DNA of 64,000 nt from Octopus sinensis (GCF_006345805.1 NC_042999.1:26536001-26600000), one strand, 5' to 3'. Shown: positions 1-14,800, numbered from the stretch's first letter. A program made the numbers and translations. Notes: generated from the sequence alone by a model not told the origin.

Positions 1-2631
1 CAGGATTTTATGACAGTCATCACAAAGCTGAATGAGCTTTGCTGAGATTTTTTAATACATCCCTCGCTCTCTCTTGATATTGCACACCTGATCCTCTTTT
101 GTAAGTAGTTCTGAAAAATACCTTGGACTAAACATCATTTAATGATTATTAAAATGCAGCGATAAAACAAGCTGAAAAACGTCTTTTCCATCAGCCATTC
201 CAACTTTTCTGATGCTGCGTACTAGACGAACTAGTGTCAGTAACATAAATGAAAGGTACTGTAATGAATAGAAAGTATTTTAATGCAAATAAATTTGTTT
301 TATTTCTATCCTTAAAATACAATTAGAACATTCTGTTCGATACAGTATGTACAAGAGAAGATATCTAATATTTACATTAGTTCACCAAAGTAATTTGAAA
401 TATTTATTTTGGGCTATTTACCAACAATATAACAGACATTATTAAACTATGTCATCATTCTTTAAACTGAGGAAACTACTTCCCAAGAAATCATTATTCC
501 AATATAAAATAGCGATATCTGACGAAGTAACATTGTGAAGAGTGCTGAAACACAGGAGTGGCTCAGCTTTGTACAGGCACTTTAATTTCATAAAATGTAT
601 TAAGCCTGCTATATCCTCCAACGATTAAATAGAATGGCATTATTTATGCATATTTTGATGAGTCTAACATCGTAATACATGGTGTTCATCTTGAGAAATT
701 GAAAGTAGTCTATCTTCGGTTGACTACATGAAACAAAATTCAGATCAAATACTTTGAGAAAGTTGTAAAAATGGTGCTTCTGTTTATACAGTTTTGCTAT
801 GTAGAATGGATCTCTGTAATTAAAACCAACGATTGTCAAGGGAAGCCTTGTACTTCTTGTTTTAATAACCTTAAAACTGGGGATAATGTTTTGTCAGGAA
901 AAATAAACAATATTACATGCTGCAATATATTCAGAGATAAAGATTAACTATACGAAATTCTAGTTAATTTTAATTAATTCACTATCAAAAACTTTGCAAG
1001 ACCATCTGGGAGATAATATACTAGTTCACTTGTTCCGAATCTCTACTTGAAATTGCTTGTGCTTTTATATTGTACACTCGGTGTCTGTCTGCCTTGAGCA
1101 TAATCTAGAGTGTAATCATACCTCTCCGAATCTGAATGTCCTTAACATTCAGTCGCTTTCTGGTGTATCATATCTCGCCCGTGGTTTTCTTTAGCTGAAA
1201 CTACTCTTTTGCACACGTTCCAAGCACGTTTGAGAATATCTTCCTTCTTTTCTCTTAGCGCTGTTAATCTTTGCAAAAGTTTATGGTCACTTTTCTTCTA
1301 ACCTTCACTATTTGGTAATAGAAAAATATATTTAATTCGAATTTAAGTAATGAAGCATTATATCTAACACAAAATGCCTAAAGCTTAACCTTTACTGAAA
1401 ATATCTATCTTTTACTGTCACACATTACAGTTTATCCTTGTTATAGGTGTTCGGGGTCAAAAGTTTACTATCAAACTATTTAACTATAGCGTACTATGGT
1501 TCAGCTCTTTCTTGGTTCATATTTTGAGTATCAAATTTACTCTAAATTTGGGTCAAATTTCTCAAGTCGTTCCATTTATACTTAGATGAATGTCTGTTTC
1601 TTACTATCAGGAATGAAGAACATAAAATTTATAAATATTCATTTCTTCCTTTCCAGACACTAGCCCCATGCATGTTTAATGTGTGGGCACTTTACACATC
1701 ATATGCTTTTCCGGAAAAGAAATTCATACATTCAGGGCATAATGATAATTTTTTAAAGACAAACAAAATCAGAATATCCGTATATTTAATAAGTATTGAA
1801 CTCTATCTGCTTTTTGCATGAGCAACACCTACACACAAAATAAAATTTTCAAATACTTGGTATCGATATATCTGACGATTATTCTTGGTATTGTTATTGA
1901 TACAACATATCAAACATTATGATCACGCCTATGCGACGAAACTGACTGAGATCGTATTTGTGGTTTGCATTCTACAATTCTCATGTAAGAACGCCATTAA
2001 CGTATTATTTGCACATCAAATACAATAATGCTGCTACATACACAAGAACAAAAATTCTTGTGAGTTAAAATTTTGAGAATTGAGTGATTATTAATCACAA
2101 TCATTATCAACTACAAGTGGATCATTAACACGATATGCCTTCTATTCAACCAAAATGATAGAAAAAAACAGTTTGTCTCACTCCACTGCTAAATGCAATT
2201 TGACCCAATCCACAATCAGATGTAATGTCTGATTTCTCACTAACACATTATCATAGATTCTCTCTATGAACAGTACTCAACAAATTCCGATCATTCTTCA
2301 CTAAATCATCAAAATTAAGGAATATTTCTGCACACCTGTAGTATGAACTTGCGTAATTACTATATATTTGGAATAGTATACTGGTTTTCTTGTACTGTTA
2401 CTAAGCCCAAAGAGATCAGAAACTTCCACTATCGTATAAACTGTCGACAATGTTATGTACATGAAACAGTTATGCTATAATCTTGTATTTTCCAATGCTG
2501 CTGCCTATGAGCTGAGACATTAATATCATACGCGATAATTAATAAACAAAAAAAAAAATCTACGTCGGTCGGAACGGGTCCCCTATTGTCTTTGAACCCC
2601 CCCCCACACACACACACACATACACACACAT

Positions 2632-2662
<31 letters not shown>

Positions 2663-3399
2663 CTCTTCAGAAAATATTTCTTGGAATAAAAATGAAAAAG
2701 CGTACTTTCGTTGTAAATTCTAACCCCATTAATGGATTTTTGTAAGTATTTTATAAATATACTCTTGTAAATTATATTAAATTTCCCCATCGCATTCACA
2801 AAGAATTATACTGCAACAATGACAGTCAGTATAATTTTATCAACGGTAGTTTCCCTATATATTAAATGCCTAAATGTCTGAGAGTTACTAATGTGATTAT
2901 AATTATTCGGACCGTTGCCGTCAATTTTGGAGATGAACATTTTTTTTTAAGTATTTACAACTAAATTATGCTTTTGATCGTTTTGATCTCCGATCGAAAT
3001 GTCGAGTAGATGTAAATATTGAAAAAAAAAACAAACAAACAAAAAAGATCAATCTCCGAAGATGAGCTTAATGGTTTGGAAAATTATAAATTTATTACCT
3101 AACAATATTCTGTATAACAACTCGTGAATTATAGGAATAAATTTGCATTTTCTAACCACTAGATATATGTTTTATACGTTGTATCTATAGATACATGAGT
3201 AGACAGGGAACTGAAAACAAAATCTACTTTCAAATGTATAACTAACTTTGCCTAAGTATGAAAACAGCAATGTTTCAAGCCATTTCACAAATATACATGA
3301 TGCGTTTCCTGAATAAATTTTAATAAAGAACATAAAACTCTGCAATCCTGGCAGCTGAATTATTTGTTTTATCAATTTTTTTTTTTTTCTAAAATAGTG

Positions 3400-3682
3400 A
3401 ATAAGTGAACACGAAAAATCACGAGTGGTAGGTTTCCTCTATATAACACCTACCCATGTACCGAACAGTGGCAAGAACAACATAAACTAAAACCAAATGA
3501 TTGTCGCACCTATATGGTCTCTTGTCTGAAAAACAATATAGTAAATTTTTCTTAGGTCACACTTAATCGCTATAAAAGTGATCCGAACAAAACACGCTGT
3601 AGTACTTGATATGGGATGGCCATGAATGGAAAATGTTTGATATCTGCTGCATCATAGCTGAAAAAGATGCTCTGGACAACAT
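3400..3682 (+). mobile_element. Degraded SINE 3' portion
   Basis: Resembles a cephalopod SINE tail as recalled (tgattgtcgcaccta...gggatggccatg...acaac). Heavily diverged, boundaries approximate. Confidence 0.35.
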
Positions 3683-5679
3683 AACAGATTTAGATAGACA
3701 ACTATTGTCTAGATAGACAAAAGATAGAATGTATAGTCAAAACATATAATCTGAAAACAAGAAAGAAATAATAAAATGCGTAGAGTTCCCGCCTCATTCG
3801 TATTTTTGTGATTACTCGGTAAACAATTACAATTACTAGCTACAAAATGACAAAGGAAAGAGTCCTTATTTAACAAAGCACATCAAACTAATCTCAGCTA
3901 ATCGCACTAACATCAGACCAGAAATATTAGACATAAGTATACGCGATGGAATCTATTGTGCCAGCATATATATTTATAAAACATATATTTATCATTATAA
4001 AATCAATATACTTACCTACATACGTCCGCACATACATGCATATATAGTGTCGGTAATACATATACACATACATACTTTATACACACACATACATATATGC
4101 ATATATACAATACATACATACTTACATACATTAAAGTAGTAATGTATATATACATAACAAAGGAATACGTATGCATCTATAAATACGTTGTAATATGTCT
4201 AACCTCAATGACATTACGATTTTTAAAATTCTTTATTAGTTCAATTCATAGCAGAGCAAATTGCGAAATCAATGAAAATTACCACATAAAATATTGTTTT
4301 TCAGCGCTTGCAGGAATAATAACGGGCTTTGAATGGAAATATTCTAATATTGGCTAGAGACCACTTGTACAAGTGTCTCCAATTAATTTTAAGAGAGTGT
4401 TTAACTAAGATATCCAATAATAAAGGTCTAAAACTGATTCTCTAAATTAATAACTACACAATGTTAGTTTTCCATTTTTAAATGGAAAATTATCTGATGC
4501 CAAATCATTTGTAATTTCTCTACTCAGGAGAATTATTTGAAGTAAAAATATACTCGAAGTATCTACAATTCATTTAATAAATGGCCTTTCGTAGCAAATC
4601 AATAATATTTATAGGGGATTCTTAAATATAGATAAATGATCAGATATTGAGCATTTTCTGTGAGGATTTAAAACTAATTATAACTCTATACACAATGAAA
4701 CATTTTCAATTAAGTCAAGTTTTGCAAAACCTATTCTCAATTATTTAGAAGATTAATACAACATTTCAAAGTGTCCCTCTAATAGAAATAGTTATCTTCG
4801 CCGTCATGTTTTATAGCAGATGGAGTGTGATGACACTGTCTCATTTTCCCTAAACGTTTATTATTTACAACTTAATTACGAAATAATTCTACATTATTCA
4901 GATGGAGATGAGCCCTCATACTTGCCTCATTGAAATATGATTTAAGCTTCACCTAACACATTAATCATTACATACACGTACAGGCACAAATACAGACAAG
5001 AACACAGATACATACACAATGAAAATCCATATTGAAATCAACATATCTGCAATCCTGTCGAATGTTTTCTATTTTATTTTTCGTTATCTACACTGTTGAC
5101 GTGTAAGAGGTAGTTAGTTATGTACATTATGTGTATATCCTTCATTTTTACGATGAAAAGGGACAATGTACGTGTTATGTCAGTGTGGTCTAGTCACTGT
5201 CACGTGTTTACACCGAAATATAGTAGGAAACATAAAATCACTTAGTATTACAGAAGAAAGTATAGAAGAGCAACAAAAAACAAACAAACAAACAAAAAAC
5301 ACCCATAAAATAGTCTTAATTTGTTGTAATCTGCATTTCAAGCATTTGCAAAATATTGCAAAATACGAGCATCACAGTTCTTTTTTATAGTCAACGCAGG
5401 AAGAAATTTGATTCGGCCTGGGATATATGATGAAATAAAGAGATCTAAACAGGACCCGGCTTTCTGCTTACATTTCTCACAACTCTGACAATCTTTTAGA
5501 ACAATGGTAATATTAAGAAGTTTCACTTTTATGTTTGAATTTCTCGTTTTCAAAACGTTTGAAAACAATAACTGATGTGAAACAGATGGGAGGGTCATTT
5601 CCCCAATAAACATGGCAGTAATAGTTTTATGCTTACCATAATTAGACAAATAGTTAACTAATTAACTAAACGAATAATC

Positions 5680-6093
5680 GGATGTTTTCGGTTAGAACGG
5701 CAGTTTTTTCTAGCGGTGTCATGTGAAATTGTCACCCATAATTATGATCCTAGTATCGATCTATTGCATTTCAATCTGTTTTAAGATTAGGGTTAGGGGT
5801 GGGGGGAGTTTATCTTTTTTTCTTCAAAAATTTAAATAAACCCAATCTTTTTCTTAAACGAGGGACATATTCATACGGCAGAGAATGTTGTTTACCTCAA
5901 TGGACGTTAGTGATTGGTTGAAATTGCAGAAATTGAAGAAAAAACAACAAATATCTTACAAACTATAGAATTTTCTCAATAAAGCTAAGAGAAAAAGATG
6001 TTTTATAAACACATTCTACCAGTATACGAAGTTTAAAATTGTTTAGTTACCTAGAAATTATGTTAAAAACTGCCGTTCAAACCGAAAAGATCC
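5680..6093. mobile_element. MITE with GG-starting TIRs and 8-bp TSD (Merlin-like)
   Basis: TIRs ggatgttttcggttagaacggcagttttt / aaaaactgccgttcaaaccgaaaagatcc. Perfect TSD gaataatc at 5672-5679 and 6094-6101. Second copy, inverted, at 42753-43182. Confidence 0.9.
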
Positions 6094-7004
6094 GAATAAT
6101 CTATTGTTTGAATAATGACTTGATAAATCAATCAGTCAATCAAGCGTCTTTTCTTCACAATTCACGACTCATCAAGTTTTTAAATCTTAGATCCAGACTA
6201 AATGTATTGAGTTTTAGAATTCAATATATCCAGGTTGGATATATCATGACAGACCGGGACCACTACATTATTGACGAGGTTGAAACCTATAACAAAAGAA
6301 CTATGACAAACAAATTGGTTGATTGATTGATGAATCCATTAGAGCAGAGGTCAGTAAGTTAGTTAACTAGTTGCCTAATTTGAAAGTGTCTTTGTATTAA
6401 TATTTTATTTCCTTTATGTAATACGTAATTGGAAGATGTCTACATAATTTTATTCTCATTAACGAAGAACATATGCATACATACAAACGCATACATGAAT
6501 GTGTTTGCGCGCACGTTCATGCATGTGTGTTTGCGCTTAGTGTGCCCAGACAATTTCTAACATAATAGTCAATACGTTTTACATAAAGCGGAAGTACATA
6601 GGTTTTTTTATGAAAATGAACACACGGCTGGTTCGACCAAAATGTATGATATCGTACATTTGTTGATAATCTTTACATAAATCTAACAGAATAGGATACA
6701 TATAACCAAAGAATATATAGGAATTGAAAAGGGAAAAAATGTGATATGTTGGATATGTTGTTAAAAAATCGAAATTTTAACGGAAGAATTCATTTGGGAT
6801 TCAAAGTTTAAACCTAAATCAAACAAATAATCTCTGTTTTGAAATAAATCTGAGTACCATTTTGGAATATGGTGATACAGTACTTCTATCACGAGGTCCC
6901 AAAACATTAAATAAGAAAATACTCTTTACGTAAGTGAGAGTATAGAATAAAAACAAAAATATATATTAATATAGCAACACAGATAACAGAATACTAGCAT
7001 AACA

Positions 7005-7170
7005 TAGGCACATGTGTAGCCATGTGGTAAGACGTTTCTTTCCAAGCCAAAGGGTTTCAGTTTCAGTTCCCCCGCGTGGAATCTTCGTCAAGTGTCTTCT
7101 ACTAAAGCCTGGGGCCGCCCCAAGCTTTGCAAGTGGATTTAATAGACGGAAAGTAAAAGAACTCTGTTTT
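7005..7170 (+). mobile_element. tRNA-derived SINE (family A), 5' part
   Basis: Diverged homolog of 44363-44520 (tgtggtaag...ttcagt...gtgtcttctacta.agcct..gg...agtggat..gg.a.actgaaagaa). Confidence 0.75.
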
Positions 7171-7651
7171 CTATACCAATGGAAAGAAGAAAACAAAGAA
7201 AATTATTTATCACATCTTTAACTATGAGTTACAAATGCTTCCAACCATCTCCATTTGCAACCCCAGCTTACGCGAAAATTCTAAATGAAAAATCACGTAA
7301 TATTTGCGGGTTTAGAACAGCTCATTTAATAAAAATAATAAAAATGACGAAACCGGATCCAAGAAATTAAAATCTAGAAGGAACCCACCCCACAACACAT
7401 CACTCGATGCTTTCGAGAATGATTTGATAATTATGATATGCAACCTGAAGTCTAAGAAAAACCTGCTACGCAGGAATACTAGCATTCGGAAGCCTAGAGG
7501 TCTCATCAAAGAGCTCAAGAAATGTGAGGGAATACTCGTGCAATCGGATAAGACCAGCATCTTATACAAATTATACAGCATCTTATACTGACCTTTATAG
7601 GGATCTTATTAGAAAGGATCTATATAATGTAACCAGAAACGGCGCAAAATA

Positions 7652-8176
7652 TTGGAGTACCTAAATATTCAAGACTGGACGGAAACATATGTACCCAAAC
7701 AACCTAGGATTACATTAAAAGACCATAAACCGGATTTACTCTTTAACCTACCCACGAAGCTGATTAGCCCTTGCAAATCGGATATTAGCCGCATAAGGAA
7801 AACAATTATAGATAAAATACTCTTTAATCTCAGGAAATTTGTACTACTTGACCTTTGGTCTGACACTACGGACGTCATACGCTGGTTTAGCAAGTTACGG
7901 CACAAAGTACACACTAAGTTTCTACAAATAGACATTGACTTATATTACTCCTCTGTTAATCATATATTCCCAATTAATGTCGTGGTCTTTGCCACAAATA
8001 AAATGTCTTTATCCAGGAAGGAGGTAGATATTATCTTAGCGGCTAGGAGAACCTTAATATCCTTTGACAACCGAATATGGACTCATAGGAATAGGGGAGG
8101 GAATTTTGACTTAACCATGAAGGCTTGCGATTCGGCCCAAGTCATGGATTTGGTTGGCTTGTTCCTATTGGAGTAA
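7652..8176 (+). pseudogene. PLE reverse transcriptase fragment
   Basis: 174-aa ORF with Naiad-type RT motifs, flanked by stops and frameshifts. Confidence 0.85.
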
Positions 8177-8765
8177 TTAAAGTCCACTTTCCTAGATATA
8201 GGAGGTGGACTTTATAAGGACAATGCCTTGTTCACATTCTAGAAATATAGTAAGGTAGAGTTCGGGAGAACCAGCAATTGAATTCGAAGTGTTTTCTGTG
8301 ACTTTGGGCTCTTCGTTACAACAGATGCTAACCATGGGATAGCAAACTTCCTTGATGGAAAGCTGACATCGAAACGCATTTATATAGCCGGTATCACATG
8401 CCTAATGACTGAGTTAAACAGCAAGGCCACACACTATTGGCACGGCTTTATATCCCCACAGAAATAGATTAGGTTCCCAGAACTCCACAAACGCTATCTA
8501 TAAGAAATAAGATGAGAATGATAAAATTGTAGAGGAACACCCTAAACGGAGGAGATAATCCGCTACCAGGAAGGAAGGTGTGGTAAAATAATCTGTTCCA
8601 CTGCATACAATGTGAACGAACTGGGCACACAAGAGAAATACAATAAGGTTTAACCGTCTCTTTGCATCGGACCTTGCATCGGACCTTGCATCAGACCTAC
8701 TCGGCATTTTGTTTAGAGCACTAGACAAACACTTCTCCCCACACACACACATAGATACCACAAGA

Positions 8766-9311
8766 TCTCTTATTATAAAAGGCAGATTTTATCTGCCTCC
8801 CTTTGGGAGTTATAGAAATCTACAATATAGGATTTCTTCAATTACAATTTACCTAGCATTTTTAAGAGTAGAATGCATCGGGTCATGCCAGGTCCAGTTT
8901 TTAAAATTTAAACTCCAATTAAGCAAAATTTACAGAAAACTCACATTCTGGTGTGTGTGTCAAATGCTTTTCTTAATGTGGTTTACACCACACGCACACG
9001 CACACACACAGTGTGCAACGAATAAAATGAAAGTAAATAGCGACAGAGTGATTTGAGGAAGACTAAACTGAAAGTATTTAAACCACTACTCAAAAAATAA
9101 AAAACACAGCAAACAGAAACAAATAAATACATAACGATTTACTCCTCACACAATTTCTTCAATTAGAGTGTACCCATGATTTTTCAGAGTACTTCAGTGG
9201 GTGATGCCATAAAAAATTTCTTTCAATTTTACCACCAATTAAGACAAAATTCGAGAAAACTCAATATTTTAACATTTCACTCCGAAAGCATTGATGTACA
9301 TGTGTGCGTGC

Positions 9312-9360
<49 letters not shown>

Positions 9361-10237
9361 ATGGGTTGTGCGACACAGAAAGTGTGGTGTGTAAGTGAAG
9401 TGCTTTTGTTAGTGTGTGTAAAGAGACAGACAGAGTGAAAGACAGAAATAAGCGCGCGTAATTGAAAGTTTTCACTATGATATCATCACGTGCGAAAAAA
9501 TTCGAAGGGTTTTGAACAATTGAGATACAGATGTCACGCCTGTATTGAAACCATTGCTAAGCTGCCGTAATTGCTTAATTAAGACTTTGTTTAAATTGAA
9601 AGGGGCAAATATGTGACGAGGTTGAAAAAAAATACCCCAGAAAAAAAAATGTACTGCTGGTATTTATATAATTCACTACTATTTTGCTACAATGTCATGA
9701 AAAAGAAAAAATTTAGGTATGTAAATCGAATTCGCCACCCCCTTTTCCCCGTTCGCGTTTGTGTAAAAAAAATTATTATTTAAGTTTTAAAAACTATTTA
9801 CTTTGTTCAAAAAATATTAATATTAATTAATTTTCAAGAATTATTTAATTTTATTCTGTAAAATAGTAATTAATTCATTTATCTGTAAATCCGCGAGGTT
9901 GTTACTCAGGCACCTAGAATGGTAACCTTCAACTAACACTATATCCTCCGAGACCCTGCGGCGCAAGTTGACCAAAATTGAGAGTATGGTAGAAGAAGGG
10001 TTGGTCTTCCTTCCGTAGAACATAAAATTCAAATCGGACCATGTTAACACCAAAAATTATTTACATCAAAAAGATGCTTTTTTCTATGAAAATCCCTATT
10101 TTTACGATTTTTTCACTGCTGTGTCGCCACTTTTCGGTGTATTTCGACCAGAAAAATGTTCACAAAATTTTTACTTTTCAAAATTACAATTCCAGCGGGT
10201 CGAAACAAACCCGAGCAACGCCGGGCGATACTGCTAG
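8766..10237 (+). mobile_element. Non-autonomous Helitron (about 1.47 kb)
   Basis: 5' A|TC start. 3' hairpin cccgagcaacgccggg followed by CTAG|T. No TSD. Removing it restores the PLE frame HRYHK|IVNKHNVKLFYSTTP. Confidence 0.9.
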
Positions 10238-10499
10238 TCGTTAATAAACACAATGTAAAATTATTCTACTCGACCACACCTCATATAGTGCAAACTATAG
10301 CTACCCTAGATAACAGAAAATTGAAACCTCGGACACATTCAGATCCAGCTAATAATCAAGATGCACCTCATTAATCCCAACCCGGCACAGCATGCGGGAG
10401 AAGCTAACAAACAGTAACCTCTTCGCAAAACGGCACCTCACTTCAGGATTCCGGCAAGACCGGGGGTACGTAATGAGATCTCGGCTGTTCAAGGCCCCA

Positions 10500-10760
10500 C
10501 AAGGTTTTTTAACTGTCGTGCACCTTCCACGTGTCCTCTGGAAATCAGTGCTCAGGAAGAACATAATTTATAGGGAAATTGTCACCACCGACAATAATAT
10601 ATTCCACTATATAGGGGCCACTGTTTCCCAATTTAAACGGAAGTTTTATAATAATGTCGACTCCTTTAAGCTCTTTAGTACGCATAAGACTACAGTGCTA
10701 GCAGAGTTGGTTTGGGAGTTAAAAGTGAAGAGGGCCCCATATGGCCGAACCTATCGAGAT
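10500..10760 (+). pseudogene. PLE GIY-YIG endonuclease fragment
   Basis: ORF 10392-10778 contains NIIYREIVTTDNNIFHYIGATVSQFKRKFYNNVDSFK. Confidence 0.85.
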
Positions 10761-11411
10761 ATTACAAAATTGGGGTAACACTATTAACTAAACAAACGAA
10801 GTGTTGATACGGTGTCCGCGTAAATACCACAGGTCCTTCACAAAACTCAGTTTACTTACCACCCCACCACTCCGCAGCTAATTCTTTTCCCTTGCTAACA
10901 GCGCCTTGTTTATAGTTACGTATGGGGCTTCCCTGTTGAAGGTCCCTACACCATCCAACGGACATCGACGCACGAGCCCATAATAGTTTGGCACCTCAAT
11001 TCAAACCATCCCTCTATTCACTTCTTCCTACACTGCTATAATTACGTCCTCTTCTTTGGGGTGTATGTTCGTCCGATTGTCGATTTTGGATATTTACAAC
11101 GCTTATATATTAAATACCTACGCCTTGTTACATTACTGGCATTATACACCTACTTTCGCTAATCCTATTAACATTTATCGGCTTATCCTTCAAACTCCTG
11201 TTTTAAATGTGTAAACCGGCTTTTTGGTTTTACCACCAACAGTCCATGTTCGATTCTTTCCACCTTTCTAAAATCAGTTCTCTAACTTTTACGATTTATA
11301 ATTTTCTCTAATAATTCTATCAATAGATTTTATATTTCACCACTTTTATTATTCCTCTTGACCAATTAGATGACTGCCTTCCTACCATTCTTTTCCAGGT
11401 TTCAGCCCCTA

Positions 11412-11484
11412 GAAATAAATATATTTATCAGTCATCCACTTGAAATAAATATATTTATCAGTCATCCACTTGAAATAAATATAT
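11412..11484. repeat. 30-bp tandem repeat, about 2.4 copies
   Basis: gaaataaatatatttatcagtcatccactt repeated. Confidence 0.85.
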
Positions 11485-12059
11485 CTGTCACCTGATGCTG
11501 AATAAGTTTTAAAGCATGTTATTCTTATAATGTCTCCCCATATGTATTTCCCTATCTAGATCTTTTTTATTTGCATCTCTATCTTTATTTTTACTTATGT
11601 AACGGAATCTATATATTTTTATATACCATACCGCCACCGCGACTTAATCTAAGATTTATACACGTGCTCTCTTACTGAGGATTAGATACTTACTGCAGAT
11701 ATAACATTTTCATTCGCCATCTCATCCTTGACATTATTTTGATTAATTTTTATTTCTTTTTTCTTATGTCCCCATATATTTCCCCGATTCGTTGTTTATA
11801 TTACCGATCAGAGTCCACTATATATTAAACCATTACCCCAACTTACCTAGGGCACATGTATCCGTCAAATTATACACACTTCAAATAGGAAGGCCTACAA
11901 ACCTGCTGCTGAAATAATTTTACTTCAATTTTGATTCCCGCTCCTTCGTGACCCTCATCTAACTTATTTATCCTATTTCCTTTTAACCTGAACTCTTTCA
12001 TACCGTGCATTAGTTTCATACCGTACGTCATTTATTTATTTATTTATTTATATAAACGG

Positions 12060-12397
12060 CTCTGTATGTAGGTGTGTATATGCCATATTTATAGACGTTT
12101 GTATATGTGGGTGGGTGTATGTATATGTATCCATATGTATGCGTGTGTGTGTGTATGATGGTGTGGGTATATAGATGCGTATGTACTTAGGTGTATATGC
12201 TTATACAGGTACCTAAGTATGCATGTATGCGTGGGTATATGTATATATGTGTGAATGGGTGTATGTATATATATATATGTGTATATAAATATATCTATAT
12301 ATGCGTGTGTGGGGGGGTATATATATACCTATGAATGTATGTATGTGTGTCTGGGAGCATGTATGTATATATGTAGATATGTGTGTATATGTGTATG

Positions 12398-12443
<46 letters not shown>

Positions 12444-12500
12444 TGCGTTAGTGCGTGTATGTATTTGTGTGTATGTATATATATGCGCTTACACACAAGT
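12060..12500. repeat. Degenerate (TG/TA)n microsatellite tract
   Basis: Seen directly. Comparable tracts at 12949-13013, 13256-13315, 21590-21660, 22540-22930, 23270-23700, 39250-39440, 43600-43830, 54005-54105, 56750-56882, 57385-57590 and 60540-60760. Confidence 0.95.
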
Positions 12501-12945
12501 AACAAAGTATTTTCCCGCACTTTTCGTTTTGTCCAAAGAGAACTTTGTAGTTTATATTCAATATACATATATATACTAGCATGAGGTAAGTTCCTGAATA
12601 TTAGCGTATTTTACAACTGTAGAATAGTTATTAATGGTTGTCCATGATGTTGAACTACGTGTATTAATTGTGGTCATCTCGGTATTATGGGGATTTATAT
12701 CTTTATAACTCGTCCATTATGATAACAGATTTATTTGTGAATTAAGTTCACGATGATTATTTTGTCACAAGCACACTCTAATGAGATACAGTTAGGAAAT
12801 GTACGACGTAGCTATTATTGTGTTTAGGATGACTTCGAGAAATGGAACGTTTTAGACGGAGGACTCACTATAACTTTGTGTGCTCATCTCTCTCTTTGAA
12901 TGGATGTAGTTAGGTAGCTACATCTACATGTAATTATAACAGTAT

Positions 12946-13017
<72 letters not shown>

Positions 13018-13255
13018 TAGTATTTTAACCCAATTTCATTCGGGTCTACTCGGGCCACATTTTAAAAATGAGGCTTTTTGCCTTAGAGGTCACCTCTTTC
13101 AATTGAGCAAACTCAAAGTTACCATGCAAACTCCCCACCAATTTTAACATAGGTGTGCATATTTTCAGCTCGATTCGATTACATTTACTAACACTTTTGC
13201 CTGCACAACTACAAATGCTTGTGAGACGACGTCCCCCTTTTTTCACAAATATATA

Positions 13256-13309
<54 letters not shown>

Positions 13310-14479
13310 ATGTGTATCTACACAAATAGCCAAATATAAAAGAAAAAGGAAATATAGTTGTTTGGATAAATGGAGTTATGGGGAAAATGATGAACAGAGA
13401 TATGTAGATGCTGGACCAACGTGATTTGAATTTTCATAACTTCTATAGAAATATTTATAAATTGCTTTTAGTATCACAAGTCATTTAAAATATCTGCGAA
13501 CTGCCATAGATTTTCCTCTTTGCTATATTTATGATAAGGAATGTGGAATATTAAATGATAATTTACTGGTGATTTACTGAGAAGGGTAAGTTTTTTTTCT
13601 ATGTACAGCTTTTCAAATGGATAAGATATTCTCTTTATTCTCATCTTCAGAAAGGATTTTCAAATAGACAAATAAAGAATTTATAAATCTCAGTGTGTTT
13701 TTGCATGTCTTTTTGATTTACGTTCATATATATCTGATTAAAGATTGCATAATAAATTTTGTTGTTCACGAGTTTATAAAATCCTTTATCAAAGAGAGAT
13801 AGCAGACTACAGTAAAAGAAAAACAAAAACTATGATCAAACAGGAATCTAGAAAGAAAGCATCTCATAAACATTCTGTATATGCTTGTGCAATTTTTGTA
13901 TCCATAATTATTCGCAATCTTTAACTCATGATTAAACGAAATACATTACCAACTCTCCTCCAGGTTTATCTCAGAATCATTGATGCTTATAAGTTGCTGA
14001 ACACTGTAGTCTCAGGTGTGGTGGTTCACAGAAACATGGGCGACTAATGTATATTAAATGATTTATTATTACTGATTATAAAATGGAATGTAAGATATTG
14101 ACTGTTGCAACGACAGAATATTTCTCATAATATATGAATTCCCAAAACAACCTGTGGATGATTATTTTAAATATAATATGTATGAGAGAACTGGCGTGCA
14201 GACAGAAAAGATAGATTAACGAACATTGGAAGTCTATAAAAGGCATTAAATATTATTTTACTATTCTTGGACAAGATTTGCGAATCTTTCTCTTACAGAA
14301 AAATAAGAATATAAGAGGAGATACTAGGATTTGTAACAGCTTTACCAAGTAATTATAGCATAGAAGCATAATACTGTAGGTAGATTATTGACTTAAGGAA
14401 ATGGAGACTGGCGATATCCTATGTGTCCGGTGCTCAGTCTCTGTCTACGCTTGTTGAAGAAGTGCAACTCTATCAAGGT

Positions 14480-14800
14480 GACGACTTACAAAAAAATGTA
14501 AAACTGATAAACAGCGACGGTACCACTCACTATAAAAAAAACCTGCAGAAATTTCAGCCTCAGAGCATGTCTCCGAAATATGAGCCATAGATTGCCTATA
14601 CCGCCACTCCGTACCTGGGTAGTCAGACGCGTATATTTCACAAAAGAACTGAAGTGTGAGGGATACACAAGTGTGATATGGAGACTGGAAAAAACACGAT
14701 CGTCAGGTGAAGGCAATGCAACCGTTCGCAAAATCTATCACACTTCTCAGGAATAGCTACATCTAGGCCTATTTCCAGTCCTTCACATCTTGGAGTTTTG
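14480..14800 (+). mobile_element. Highly degraded RTE-like LINE 3' region
   Basis: Faint resemblance to the RTE C-terminus (KKNLQKF...; C..C / GLF remnants). Confidence 0.3.

Larger units (their letters stand above)
7220..12030 (+). mobile_element. Penelope-like retroelement (Naiad-like), degraded RT + GIY-YIG endonuclease, interrupted by a Helitron
   Basis: RT motifs VQSDKTS, ITLKDHK..PTKLISPCKSDIS, FLQIDIDLYYSSV, FDLTMKACDSAQVMDLVG, GLYKDN. Linker NTIRFN..F and LDKHFSP. Frameshifted zinc-finger-like NCRAPSTCPL..QC at about 10510-10552. Endonuclease NIIY..IVT...YIGAT..FKRK..SF..T.LAELVWELK. Long pyrimidine-rich 3' region with approximate end. Confidence 0.85.

Noticed and set aside
8661-8697. 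12-bp repeat ttgcatcggacc x3
   Set aside because: A local slippage duplication inside the dead PLE; no function implied.
11486-11520. Hammerhead in the first Naiad 3' region (cctgatgctg...agcatg)
   Set aside because: The GA and GAAA core elements are missing; too degenerate to call.
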